Assembly: GCA_023266675.1 (NCBI GenBank)
Contig: JAHFPP010000005.1
Location: 1-39,160 of the forward strand
Direction: 5' to 3'
Length of the DNA stretch: 39,160 nucleotides
Source of the DNA: Candidatus Woesearchaeota archaeon
GTDB lineage: Archaea; Nanobdellota; Nanobdellia; Woesearchaeales; BM511
The position numbers and the translations under genes were made by a program. The notes below the pieces were generated by a model. The model saw only the letters and a list, made by a program, of their open reading frames with translations. It searched no databases and was not told the origin of the DNA. Below are positions 19,424 to 28,859 of the stretch, piece by piece (position 1 is the stretch's first letter; each line of letters starts with the position of its first letter).

Positions 19424-19624
19424 AATTTTGTTATTACTCTCTAGTTTATATATTTTTCTAGTCTTAATCTCAAATTACCCAACTTCTGCTTAACTTACAA
19501 ATCTCAGTTAATCATGTATTAAACGTCTTACTATTTTTAAATAGCAAAATTTATAAATGCAAATCCTTTGAATTTATCTAAGAGACAAATCTTATACTAA
19601 ATAAAAAAAACCGAGGTAATCATT

Positions 19625-20149
19625 ATGCATCGAGACGGACCATTAAAAAACATATTCAAAGAAGACAATTGGGGAGATGTAGGCAAGGCTTCAACATTCA
19701 TGTACACGCGAAAGGCAGATGAAAGTTTTGACCCAAAAGAATACGAAAAACTGAAAGAAAAAGCCAGAGAAACGCCAGCGGTCAATGAATCCGTAAAAAA
19801 AGAGGAATCACCTCAATCAGCTCAAGCGTCATCACCAAAAGAAGATTCTGTGTCAAAAGAAGCAGTTATGAAATTAAAAGCTGAAAAAGACCAAGAAGTT
19901 GCTATGATTGTGCAGAAAATCAATGACCTGATTGCACGGCAAAACAAGATGGAAACAGCGCTTGACGAAGCAAATAACAAAGTTAAGGAACTAAGCAACC
20001 AGATAACCCTTTACCTGAAAAAACCTGAGCCATCAACTCAAAAGATTGAAAAAAGAGAGCCAGTTGACGTTCCTATTGACAGAAACAATGTTGCACCATC
20101 TGACGTAACAATTGAGAAAATGTTTAATTTCTCAAATAAGAAGTTTTAG
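19625..20149 (+). CDS. Hypothetical coiled-coil protein
   Basis: GAGGT SD; central coiled coil; T-rich terminator downstream. Confidence 0.8.
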   Translation: MHRDGPLKNIFKEDNWGDVGKASTFMYTRKADESFDPKEYEKLKEKARETPAVNESVKKEESPQSAQASSPKEDSVSKEAVMKLKAEKDQEVAMIVQKINDLIARQNKMETALDEANNKVKELSNQITLYLKKPEPSTQKIEKREPVDVPIDRNNVAPSDVTIEKMFNFSNKKF

Positions 20150-20255
20150 TTTTATTTTTTTATAATTTTTTTCTAATTGTTTTAAATGAATTCATTTATG
20201 AATTAGCTCTGTTCTTACTAACTTTTTTTTACTCAAAAAATTGTCGAACTAAATC

Positions 20256-20263
20256 TTTATAAA
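20256..20263 (+). promoter_or_regulatory. TATA box for the feo operon
   Basis: TTTATAAA 30 nt before the feoA ATG. Confidence 0.7.
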
Positions 20264-20285
20264 CCACTATCCACTACTTTATTGT

Positions 20286-20534
20286 ATGAAAGAAATCTGC
20301 CTGAAGCTTTCTGATATACCTGAAGGAAAGAAGGTGAAAATAGATTCTGTTGTATGCGGTGATAATGTAAAGCACAGGCTTTGCTCCCTTGGTGTTTTAA
20401 AGGGAAAAACCGTTGAGATGATAAAAAACGATTCAAGCGGGCCTATCATACTAAAAGTTCTTGACTCAAAACTTGCCGTAGGACGAGAGCAGGCTAAAAA
20501 CATATTCATTTGCAAATCAGGATTGAAAAAATGA
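20286..20534 (+). CDS. feoA: Ferrous iron transport protein A
   Basis: [10 protein letters not shown]...GPIILKV...[11 protein letters not shown]; overlaps the feoB start. Confidence 0.93.
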   Translation: MKEICLKLSDIPEGKKVKIDSVVCGDNVKHRLCSLGVLKGKTVEMIKNDSSGPIILKVLDSKLAVGREQAKNIFICKSGLKK

Positions 20535-22555
20535 GAACTTTAAAGATTGCTCTGGCCGGAAATCCAAATTGCGGAAAAACAACGCTATTTAACACATTAA
20601 CTGGCGCAAATCAGCATGTAGGAAACTGGCCAGGAAAAACCATTGAGCAAAAGACAGGCAACTTTAATTTTAATGGTCGAAAGATAGAGCTTATAGACCT
20701 GCCAGGAACTTACAGTCTGACTTCATTCTCTGAAGAAGAGCAGATAACCATGGATTTTCTTATAAACGAAAAACCAGATATCACAATTAACATTGTTGAT
20801 GCAACAAATCTTGAGCGAAATCTGTTTCTTACTTTCGAGGTCCTTGAACATATATCAAGTGTTGTAATTCTGATAAACATGGATAAACTTGCAAAAGAAA
20901 AAGGAATAATCATCAATCCAAAAAGCATTGAAAGCAAGCTTGGCGTTCCTGTCAATGTATGCGACGCAAAAAATAAAGACGAATGTAGTGGATTCATGAA
21001 AAAAATGATTGCATACTCAGCTAAGAAAAAAAGAGAATCAAATCTAAAATTAAATTATGGAGACGAGCTTGAAGAGCACCTTTTAAAAGTTGAGGAGATA
21101 ATAAAAAACGACAAGATATCATTTCAAAATTATACGCCGCGGCTTCTTTCGGTAAAACTTTTACAAAACGACAAGTTAATCTCAAAAGAGGTTCTTAACC
21201 TTGACAATGCTTCAAATCTTAAGCGAGAGCTTGAAAAAATAAAAAGGCACTTGAGAAAAATATTTGGAAACGATTATGATACTGTGATGTCAGACAAAAA
21301 GCATGGTCTTGCCGCAGGTGTTGTAAAAGAGTCGCTTAAGCGGATAAATATTAACAGGGAGTCGAGGTCTGACAGGCTGGATAAGGTGTTGACAAATAAG
21401 TATGTTGGAATTCCAATTTTTCTTCTCATAATCTTCATTGTTTTTCAGATGACATTTACTTTTGCAAAGCCTTTTGTAGGATTAATCGAATTATGCGTGT
21501 CATTTTTTGCCAAAATCACGTCAGTATGGATTGCATCAACTCAGCTTCCTGCATGGGTTGGCTCACTAATATCTGATGGCATCATCGGCGGCGTTGGGTC
21601 AGTTATTGTGTTTTTGCCAAACATCTTCATAATGTTTTTCTTGATATCACTTCTTGAAGATTTTGGATACCTTGCAAGGGCAGCATTTATAATGGATGAG
21701 CTTATGCATAAAATAGGCCTTCATGGAAAATCATTTATTCCATTAATCCTCGGATTTGGATGCAACGTCCCTGCAATCATGTCTACAAGAAGCCTTGACA
21801 ACAAAAAAGATAAGCTGCTTACAATATTAATAATACCTTTCATGTCATGTTCTGCACGCCTTCCAGTCTACATTTTATTTGTCGGAGCATTTTTTATAAA
21901 GTATCAGGGACTGATTCTTTTCTCGCTTTACCTTTTAGGCATACTCCTTGCAATATCCTCGGGACTGTTATTCAAAAAATTTTTCTTCAAAAATGAGACC
22001 TCTGACTTAATCCTTGAGATACCTCCATACAGGCTTCCAACACTTAGCGGCGCAGTTATTCACACATGGGAACGTGGAAAACAGTTCATCTATAAAGCAG
22101 GAACACTGATACTATCTGCAAGCATTGTTGTATGGTTCTTCTCAAATCTTCCACTTGGAGTTGCATACGCATCAGAAGACAGTTTAATAGGGCAGATAGG
22201 AAAATTTGTTGCACCAATACTAGCACCTCTCGGGTTTGGTTTTTGGCAGGCAGCTGTAGCATTAATATTTGGTGTTGTCGCAAAAGAAGTTGTCGTCAGC
22301 ACTTTTGCCACGATTTATGGCGTCTCAGAAGGAAATTTGACAGGTGTTATCCATGGAATGTTCACGCCACTATCCGCGTACGCATTCATGGTTATGACTT
22401 TAATTTATATTCCTTGCGTTGCAACAATAACAACAATAAAGACTGAGACTGGTTCATGGATGATTGCACTCATGCTTGCAGCGTATACACTTACTCTTGG
22501 ATGGGTTTTTGCGTTAATAATATATAGAGGCGGACTATTGCTTGGGTTTGGATAA
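20531..22555 (+). CDS. feoB: Ferrous iron transport protein B
   Basis: [53 protein letters not shown] 20531 via ATGA overlap. Confidence 0.97.
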   Translation: MRTLKIALAGNPNCGKTTLFNTLTGANQHVGNWPGKTIEQKTGNFNFNGRKIELIDLPGTYSLTSFSEEEQITMDFLINEKPDITINIVDATNLERNLFLTFEVLEHISSVVILINMDKLAKEKGIIINPKSIESKLGVPVNVCDAKNKDECSGFMKKMIAYSAKKKRESNLKLNYGDELEEHLLKVEEIIKNDKISFQNYTPRLLSVKLLQNDKLISKEVLNLDNASNLKRELEKIKRHLRKIFGNDYDTVMSDKKHGLAAGVVKESLKRININRESRSDRLDKVLTNKYVGIPIFLLIIFIVFQMTFTFAKPFVGLIELCVSFFAKITSVWIASTQLPAWVGSLISDGIIGGVGSVIVFLPNIFIMFFLISLLEDFGYLARAAFIMDELMHKIGLHGKSFIPLILGFGCNVPAIMSTRSLDNKKDKLLTILIIPFMSCSARLPVYILFVGAFFIKYQGLILFSLYLLGILLAISSGLLFKKFFFKNETSDLILEIPPYRLPTLSGAVIHTWERGKQFIYKAGTLILSASIVVWFFSNLPLGVAYASEDSLIGQIGKFVAPILAPLGFGFWQAAVALIFGVVAKEVVVSTFATIYGVSEGNLTGVIHGMFTPLSAYAFMVMTLIYIPCVATITTIKTETGSWMIALMLAAYTLTLGWVFALIIYRGGLLLGFG

Positions 22556-22557
22556 AA

Positions 22558-22698
22558 ATGATTGAAACAATACTATTTGTCTTTGTGGGAATATCTGGTA
22601 TGTACTTTCTTTACAAAATTATGAGAAAGGAAGTCGTTGAAGGCAAATGCAGTTCATGCACGGATTCAAAAAGCTGCAAGTCAAAAAAATGCAATTAA
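22558..22698 (+). CDS. FeoB-associated Cys-rich membrane peptide (46 aa, not in ORF track)
   Basis: MIETILFVFVGISGMYFLYKIMRKEVVEGKCSSCTDSKSCKSKKCN; starts 2 nt after the feoB stop. Confidence 0.85.
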   Translation: MIETILFVFVGISGMYFLYKIMRKEVVEGKCSSCTDSKSCKSKKCN

Positions 22699-22714
22699 TA
22701 AGAAAGGTGGTAAA

Positions 22715-22993
22715 ATGAAAAGAGTAAACGCATCGCATATACTTGTAAAAACCGAAGAAAGCGCTAGAGTTGCGCTTTATGACGTAAAAAACGGCAAGAA
22801 GTTTGAAGAAGTCGCTAAATCAGTTTCAATCTGCCCTTCAGGAAAAAAAGGCGGAAATCTTGGCTGGTTTGGTAAAGGACAGATGGTAAAAGAGTTTGAG
22901 ACAGCATGCTTTAATGGCAAAAAAGGAGAAATCATCGGTCCAGTAAAAACACAGTTCGGTTTTCATATAATAAAAATCGAAGATTCTGAATAA
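22715..22993 (+). CDS. ppiC: Parvulin-type peptidyl-prolyl isomerase
   Basis: ASHILVK, SICPSGKKGGNLGWF, QMVKEFE, GPVKTQFGFHII; AGGTGG SD supports ATG 22715. Confidence 0.95.
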   Translation: MKRVNASHILVKTEESARVALYDVKNGKKFEEVAKSVSICPSGKKGGNLGWFGKGQMVKEFETACFNGKKGEIIGPVKTQFGFHIIKIEDSE

Positions 22994-23193
22994 TACCTTT
23001 ATCTTTTGTTTTTTTAGTTAATTTTATAACGATAAAATATGAACCTATCAGAAGTATCAAACTAATTAAATCAATAGTGTCAAAGACAACACTTGTAAAT
23101 AACACCATTATTCATATAATAATTTACCATTATAATTTATATATAAGTATTAGATAATTAATAATTAAAGTTATTTTTTGAACGGGGGTTTAA

Positions 23194-24438
23194 ATGAGGT
23201 TTAACTTTAAGACTCTGGTCTTTATCATATTCTTAATATCCCTATTGCCGTTAACTTTAGCTATAGAAACTGCTCTTACTTTTGATGGTAATGGCAATTT
23301 AGAAAGTGGAGATGGATATTTTCGTGTTTATAATGGACTTAACCAGTTATCGAAGATATATACTGGCTCAAATGCTAGTGGAACACTTCTTTATGAATAT
23401 ACTTTTGACCCTACAGAAGATAGAGTTGCAATTAAGCATGATTATGTCAAAAATCGAACTATCTATTATTTTGATAAAGAGTATATGAGACTAGTTAATT
23501 CTTCGGGAACATTCAATTTTGAATTTGCTTATTTTGAAGGTCAGTTAATAGCACAAATCAATCCAGATGGTTCAAAATATTTCTTTATACTTGATCAGAA
23601 AGGTTCAATAGTTGGAGTTACGGATGAAAATGGGGCGTTAGTCGAAAATAAAAGTTACGACCCCTACGGAAATTCAGTTGATGGGATGACAATAACACCT
23701 TATGGCTATGAGGGAAAAGAACATGATTCAGTAGTGGGTGATATTGATTTTAAAGCGAGAAGATATAACCCTAACTTAGCTATGTTTGAACAGCCTGATA
23801 CCTTGATACAAAATGTTTATGACCCACAGAGTTTGAATAGGTATAGTTTTGAAAGAAATAATCCAATAAAAAATATAGACCCGACAGGACACGAAATTGC
23901 ATTACCTTTTGGTGACGCTTTTGGAGATTTATTCAAATTTCCAGTTGAAAATCCATATATTAATCCTTACAATCCACCAGTTGACGTACCAGTCGGTATT
24001 AATGTTGAGCAAAGCGATAAAGCGAGTGATGTTGGGTGGAGTGATTGGACAAAGAAAGATGTTTTCGGAGACGGAAGAGAGAAGTGGTTTAGGGAGAATG
24101 ATAATGAATTTGAAACTTGGGAAGAGAATGACCCACATCAAGGTATGCCATATCGACATATTAACGACCGAATTTATGATAAGAATAAACTAAAACAGGT
24201 TGAAGAATGGAAAAAAAGTGGTCGAGTTGGGCCAAAACCCAACTCAGATCCGATCAATGGTCCTGATGACCACCATGAAGCCGATCCTAACAATCATGAT
24301 CCAACCTCTTATAGATCTGGAAAATCAAAAACCTCACCGATATTCAGTTTTTTCTCTTACATCATAACAACAGCAAAAAAAGAAATTATTATAAGAACTA
24401 ATACTGGTGATGGATATAAAGATATGAAAATTTATTAG
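23194..24438 (+). CDS. Short RHS-repeat-associated core protein with Sec signal peptide and C-terminal extension (putative polymorphic toxin)
   Basis: Signal peptide MRFNFKTLVFIIFLISLLPLTLA; YD-like repeats; core DQKGS...YDPYG...YEGKEHD...ARRYNP...NRYSFERNNPIKNIDPTG. Confidence 0.88.
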   Translation: MRFNFKTLVFIIFLISLLPLTLAIETALTFDGNGNLESGDGYFRVYNGLNQLSKIYTGSNASGTLLYEYTFDPTEDRVAIKHDYVKNRTIYYFDKEYMRLVNSSGTFNFEFAYFEGQLIAQINPDGSKYFFILDQKGSIVGVTDENGALVENKSYDPYGNSVDGMTITPYGYEGKEHDSVVGDIDFKARRYNPNLAMFEQPDTLIQNVYDPQSLNRYSFERNNPIKNIDPTGHEIALPFGDAFGDLFKFPVENPYINPYNPPVDVPVGINVEQSDKASDVGWSDWTKKDVFGDGREKWFRENDNEFETWEENDPHQGMPYRHINDRIYDKNKLKQVEEWKKSGRVGPKPNSDPINGPDDHHEADPNNHDPTSYRSGKSKTSPIFSFFSYIITTAKKEIIIRTNTGDGYKDMKIY

Positions 24439-24458
24439 AATATTTGAGAGGTTAACTA

Positions 24459-24791
24459 ATGGATAAAGAATTAGACATTGATGAAAATCACAAATTTCAT
24501 GATTCAATAATTTATGAGATTAAAAAAACAGATAATGAGTTGGAAATAGTAATTCACATAGACACTTACTGGTTTCAAGGTAAGAAAAATGGTAAATTAA
24601 CATTAAAAAATGCTAAATTCGATGAATCAATAATTAAATATGTAGATGATAAGTATCCTTTTGATAATCTTGATCGATTGACTCACATAAAAGTACATAA
24701 CGAGCATATATTTGAAATCGTTTTTCAATCAAACCAAGAAAAGATTTGGAAGATAACTGCTGATTCTTTTACCTTCGAAAGGTATGATTAA
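24459..24791 (+). CDS. Candidate immunity protein
   Basis: 110 aa, directly downstream of the RHS gene, GAGGT SD, N-terminal FHD motif. Confidence 0.5.
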   Translation: MDKELDIDENHKFHDSIIYEIKKTDNELEIVIHIDTYWFQGKKNGKLTLKNAKFDESIIKYVDDKYPFDNLDRLTHIKVHNEHIFEIVFQSNQEKIWKITADSFTFERYD

Positions 24792-25347
24792 AATGGCAAA
24801 GAAAAGTAATACAAGAAATAAGGGTATAATTTCAAAATATCTGTTTTGGATAATCGTTTTAGTGGTTATAACTCTTATCGGTAATTGGTTTCTTTTTTAC
24901 TACTTTACCCACATTCCAATTCCTAAAGTGCCAAATCCTGTTAAATTAAAATGTAGTACTGCGTGTATTAAATATACAGAATATTTAGATTATAGAGTTG
25001 AGATTGGAAGTTTAACATATAATTGTTTTTGCACTTTAAGAACAGGAGAGAAAATAGAAACGGCTCATTTCCCAATAAATTATAATTATAATAAACCTAT
25101 CTTTATTTTCAAAATCGGATTTGAAAACGGGAATATAATAAACTCCACTATGGCTGGAAAACCATACTATATCAAATTTGTTGAAACTAATAAATATCCT
25201 GCAACACTACTTGCGATGGTTAATGGTGAATTAACAAATAAAATTGCAGAAGGAAACACCTATACCTTAAAAGATGGTTCTAAACTAGGATTTATCAGAT
25301 ATACAACAGAAAGCAACATATTTGAAGGATATATAATCCAAAAATAA
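24784..25347 (+). CDS. Membrane-anchored hypothetical protein
   Basis: One TM helix followed by a Cys-containing extracellular region; overlaps the upstream gene. Confidence 0.7.
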   Translation: MIKMAKKSNTRNKGIISKYLFWIIVLVVITLIGNWFLFYYFTHIPIPKVPNPVKLKCSTACIKYTEYLDYRVEIGSLTYNCFCTLRTGEKIETAHFPINYNYNKPIFIFKIGFENGNIINSTMAGKPYYIKFVETNKYPATLLAMVNGELTNKIAEGNTYTLKDGSKLGFIRYTTESNIFEGYIIQK

Positions 25348-25396
25348 AGAAACTGTTGTTAAGTATCAATATCTCATTCAGGTAACAGTGGAATGA

Positions 25397-26269
25397 CTAC
25401 CTCTTCTCATGTTTTACAAATGCTTTGCCCATGACTTCATCAGTAAATCCTTTTGGAATTTTTCCTTTCTCCGCGTAGACATAAAGCGCTGTGCTGTAAA
25501 TATTGTTTGCTAGCGCAAAGAAAACGCCAACAGCGACAAAATATACAACAACTAGCAATACTGACATTATAATTGCAATAGGGCCAAATACGGCGCTTGT
25601 AAACAGCAGCATTATTCCGATAATAACACCAAGTACAAAGAATATCATTTCCATAACTCCAAATCCAAACATTCTTATTAGGTTCTCTCCCCACGTTTTT
25701 TTGAAACTCTTTGCAGAATTTTTAATAGCATCAATAGGTCCGTAACCGTGATATACCATTCCAGGAACAACAAATATTGTTATCATACTCCAGGCAGCGC
25801 CAAGAAGTGAGTTGACTATCCTGATTATTAGTTCTCCAATTCCGCCCATCCTTTCGGCAATATTATTTATTATTCGAAGTATCAGTCCAACTACTGCTGA
25901 AACTATGCTCCAGTAAAATATCAAATGAATTTTTGTGAATGCAAACTTTATAGTCTCGCTAAAAGTTGCGTTTCCACCTTCAAACCGTTTTTTAGCAGTA
26001 TACACAACGCAGACATTGAAGAATGTTGCAATGAATGCAAGCCCTAAATAAATTATGAATATTAAGACAAAACTTGTCATACCAAAAAACAATGGCATTC
26101 TGTCTTGGCCAACAAATGATAATAACATAGGAAAAATCATAGCTAATATGAATAATAATGAGAATACTCCTGCAAGGATTGGAAAAGCAATTAATTCCTT
26201 GTCTTGCCTAATAACCTCTAACGTTAACTTTGTCAGATTCCAACTTCTTTTAAATTCTCCAGCCATCAA
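25397..26269 (-). CDS. Multi-pass membrane protein (DUF6159-like)
   Basis: RSWNL...DKEL..FP, AIKNSAKSFKKTWGE, STALYVYA..GKIP.GF; GGTGA SD. Confidence 0.8.
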   Translation of the reverse strand: MMAGEFKRSWNLTKLTLEVIRQDKELIAFPILAGVFSLLFILAMIFPMLLSFVGQDRMPLFFGMTSFVLIFIIYLGLAFIATFFNVCVVYTAKKRFEGGNATFSETIKFAFTKIHLIFYWSIVSAVVGLILRIINNIAERMGGIGELIIRIVNSLLGAAWSMITIFVVPGMVYHGYGPIDAIKNSAKSFKKTWGENLIRMFGFGVMEMIFFVLGVIIGIMLLFTSAVFGPIAIIMSVLLVVVYFVAVGVFFALANNIYSTALYVYAEKGKIPKGFTDEVMGKAFVKHEKR

Positions 26270-26340
26270 TAATCACCTTGATTTCTAAGATAATTGTTTT
26301 ATTTAAAAATATTGCTCTTAATTAAATCTAAAAGTCAGTA

Positions 26341-27492
26341 CTAGAACGGAATTCTAAATTGGTAATCTCTAAGGTTGCCGTCTCGTGATTTGTATGAGAC
26401 AAGCGTTGCATCGTGACCTAAAAGCGGAACTGCCTTTTGGAGTCCGATTTCTATCTCTGCATTGTTCAAAGGATATAACTTCGCTTTTTCTTGATTTTTG
26501 GTTTCCTTAGTATAAACTAATGTTTGATATCTCATTATTTCATGAATATCTACAAGAAGTTGTGCAGGCATTGGAATAATTGACATTTCCAATGGAACTT
26601 TATTTCTAACTTTTGATCTTGGGTTTGAAAAATGGTCAAGTGTCAAGTAATAACCCGCTATGTCATGTGCATCCCAATTGAATAATTTTGAATTTTCTTT
26701 TCCGTAATCCCAGGTGAATCTATCGCGATGTTGAACATCAGTACATAAATGGTTTGAAATTAATGACATCGAAAGAGCATATTTTGAATCATCATTTATT
26801 ACAGGTATCCCGTATAAATTGAATTTATAATTCTCTCTGTGTGGAATTCTTGAAGGGACAGTAACTCTAGCTATCGCTCCTTCAATATCTACTCTCTTCG
26901 CATCTTGGTATAACTCAATTTTAACAGGGAATCCTTGACGCATGATATAACCATATAGTTTTGTGCCTTCAATTATCTCATTTAAATGAAACTTTCTTTT
27001 TCTTCCGTCATTTCCAAAAATAGGCATGTATGAAACTGCAGCGCGAGGACCTGAAACTTGACTGAATCTTTCTTTTAACAGGTCTCTTGGGATTTTTCCG
27101 GTGTCTCTCATTGCCTTAACAGCTTCATCTTTACTGTGGAATCTTGGGAAATAGATTTCCTCGCCGTGCTTCATAAATTTTCTGCTTGCAGCGCTTCTTG
27201 TAAAATAAATTCTCTCTTCATCCAATCCACTTTTATTATCTGATTCATCATCCTCATTTACTCTTTTCTTTTTATTCACTTTATAACTGGTATATTCTTC
27301 AGGAACTAAATACTGTTCTTTTGCATCAATAATTATTAGTACATCTCTTGGAAGAATTAGCTTTCCAAACGAGTCTTGTCTTGATGCAAGTTCTACGGCT
27401 TCATCAATACTCTTTACAATAACTCTTTCAGGCTTGCCTTCACTAATCTCTCTGGCTTTCGGTTTGTGGAATATCTGTTCTTTGTTTGACAT
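26341..27492 (-). CDS. Hypothetical protein, possible degenerate SWIM-like metal site
   Basis: 383 aa; SNHLCTD...WDAHDIAGY. Confidence 0.7.
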   Translation of the reverse strand: MSNKEQIFHKPKAREISEGKPERVIVKSIDEAVELASRQDSFGKLILPRDVLIIIDAKEQYLVPEEYTSYKVNKKKRVNEDDESDNKSGLDEERIYFTRSAASRKFMKHGEEIYFPRFHSKDEAVKAMRDTGKIPRDLLKERFSQVSGPRAAVSYMPIFGNDGRKRKFHLNEIIEGTKLYGYIMRQGFPVKIELYQDAKRVDIEGAIARVTVPSRIPHRENYKFNLYGIPVINDDSKYALSMSLISNHLCTDVQHRDRFTWDYGKENSKLFNWDAHDIAGYYLTLDHFSNPRSKVRNKVPLEMSIIPMPAQLLVDIHEIMRYQTLVYTKETKNQEKAKLYPLNNAEIEIGLQKAVPLLGHDATLVSYKSRDGNLRDYQFRIPF

Positions 27493-27604
27493 ATGTATTC
27501 AACTCTTAATAGCGAGTCATACACAATATATAAATTCTTCTTTACTAAAAAGTGATTACCTAATTATAATTAGAAGCAGAAAATAAATAATTAAAATAAT
27601 AAAT

Positions 27605-27784
27605 AAATGAGCCAGAAGTTGATTGTCACCGACCTTTTTAATAAAAAGCTCGAGCAAAAACAGGAAGAATTGAAAAAATGAGCCAGAAGTTGATTGTCAC
27701 TAAACTTTTACAAAAGTTTAATCAAAAGAGGATTGATTTTTAAAACAAAATCAATTTTTTTAAAAATAATAAATGAGCCAGAAG
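27605..27784. repeat. Direct repeats of the tRNA-Arg 3' end, each followed by a palindrome
   Basis: aaatgagccagaagttgattgtcac at 27605-27629 and 27676-27700; its first 14 nt recur at 27771-27784 (tRNA 3' end). Confidence 0.9.
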
Positions 27785-27867
27785 GGATTTGAACCCTCGT
27801 CAACCGGTAGCTTCGCAAATATTTTGCACCGAAGCCGGCCGCACTATCCAGGTTATGCTACAGGCCC
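27774..27867 (-). tRNA. tRNA-Arg(UCG) with a 20-nt intron at 37/38 (27809-27828)
   Basis: Cloverleaf GGGCCTG...GCCGG CTTCGG[intron]A CCGGT...GGGTTCAAATCCC; BHB with central helix CTTC/GAAG and bulges GGT and CTA; CCA not encoded. Confidence 0.93.
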
Positions 27868-27906
27868 ACTGATATTCTTATTAAAAATTCGCCGTACTTA
27901 AAAAGC

Positions 27907-28743
27907 TTATGGCTCAATCATTCTGTCTTTGGAAGTTTCTTCCCGTCCAATGTACTTGTTTACGTTGTCAACATATTTCTGGTTAGTTTCAAACTTTCGT
28001 GAAAGTTCAAGAAATTCTTCTCTTAACTTATTAATATCTGGAACTTCTTTTCCTTTCATCATGTTGAATATCGCAGGATTTGTTACGGCAGCTCGCCCAA
28101 TCATTGCCCCTTTGACTCCAATCTCTTTTAGCCTTTGTATATCCTCTTTTGTTTTTACGTCTCCATTTGCAATAATCATTTTCCCTGTTTTCACACAATC
28201 AGTATATGCACTCCAGTCTGCTTTTTCAGAATACTTCTCTCCTCCGTGTCTTGCGTGCACTACATAGAAATCAGCTTCAACGTTGTTTATAAGATTCAAA
28301 TATACTTTTTTTTCTTTCTCAAACCTATTCATTCCAAGGCGCATTTTAAGGCTCACGTTGTATCCGTGGTCTTTGACGATATTTGTAAGCGTTTTTATCT
28401 TGTTTGTCCTCTTTATAAGTGCGCAGCCCTGCCCTGTGTTTATTATCTTTGGGCTAGGGCACCCAAGGTTAAAGTTAAATCCTGTAAACCCTTTACCGTT
28501 TGGCGAGAAATCTTTTAGGAATTTTTTTAAAACATCATCTTTAGAAACGAGTATCTGTATCTGCGTTGGCGTATCATTATCAACTGTCAGGCGCGCCCAT
28601 GTGGACTTGTTGTTTCGTGTGAGTCCTGCAACTCTTACCATCTCAGTGAACGTCAGGTCTGCTCCGTATTTGTAGCATAGTGCTCTGAATGCCTGGCAGG
28701 AGTAATCTTCAAGCGGCGCAACCATGTACTTAAAATCCGTCAT
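27907..28743 (-). CDS. dus: tRNA-dihydrouridine synthase family protein
   Basis: APL, FTEM, NFNLGCP, SLKMRLG, VHAR, IANGDV, MIGRAA. Confidence 0.92.
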   Translation of the reverse strand: MTDFKYMVAPLEDYSCQAFRALCYKYGADLTFTEMVRVAGLTRNNKSTWARLTVDNDTPTQIQILVSKDDVLKKFLKDFSPNGKGFTGFNFNLGCPSPKIINTGQGCALIKRTNKIKTLTNIVKDHGYNVSLKMRLGMNRFEKEKKVYLNLINNVEADFYVVHARHGGEKYSEKADWSAYTDCVKTGKMIIANGDVKTKEDIQRLKEIGVKGAMIGRAAVTNPAIFNMMKGKEVPDINKLREEFLELSRKFETNQKYVDNVNKYIGREETSKDRMIEP

Positions 28744-28829
28744 AAAACTCTAAAACTTTCTTTTTTTTAAAAAACTTTGCTAATAAAATTTATATATTTT
28801 GTATCTTATTAGTAGTAATAACAGTAAAA

Positions 28830-28837
28830 TTTATAAA
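28830..28837 (+). promoter_or_regulatory. TATA box
   Basis: TTTATAAA 30 nt before ATG 28860. Confidence 0.7.
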
Positions 28838-28859
28838 CCATAACTAATTCTTCATCATT

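Noticed and set aside
27605..27784. Possible mini CRISPR array (25-bp repeats, 46-nt spacer)
   Set aside because: Only two full copies, the repeat derives from the tRNA 3' end, the spacers are related palindromes, and no cas genes are in the window.
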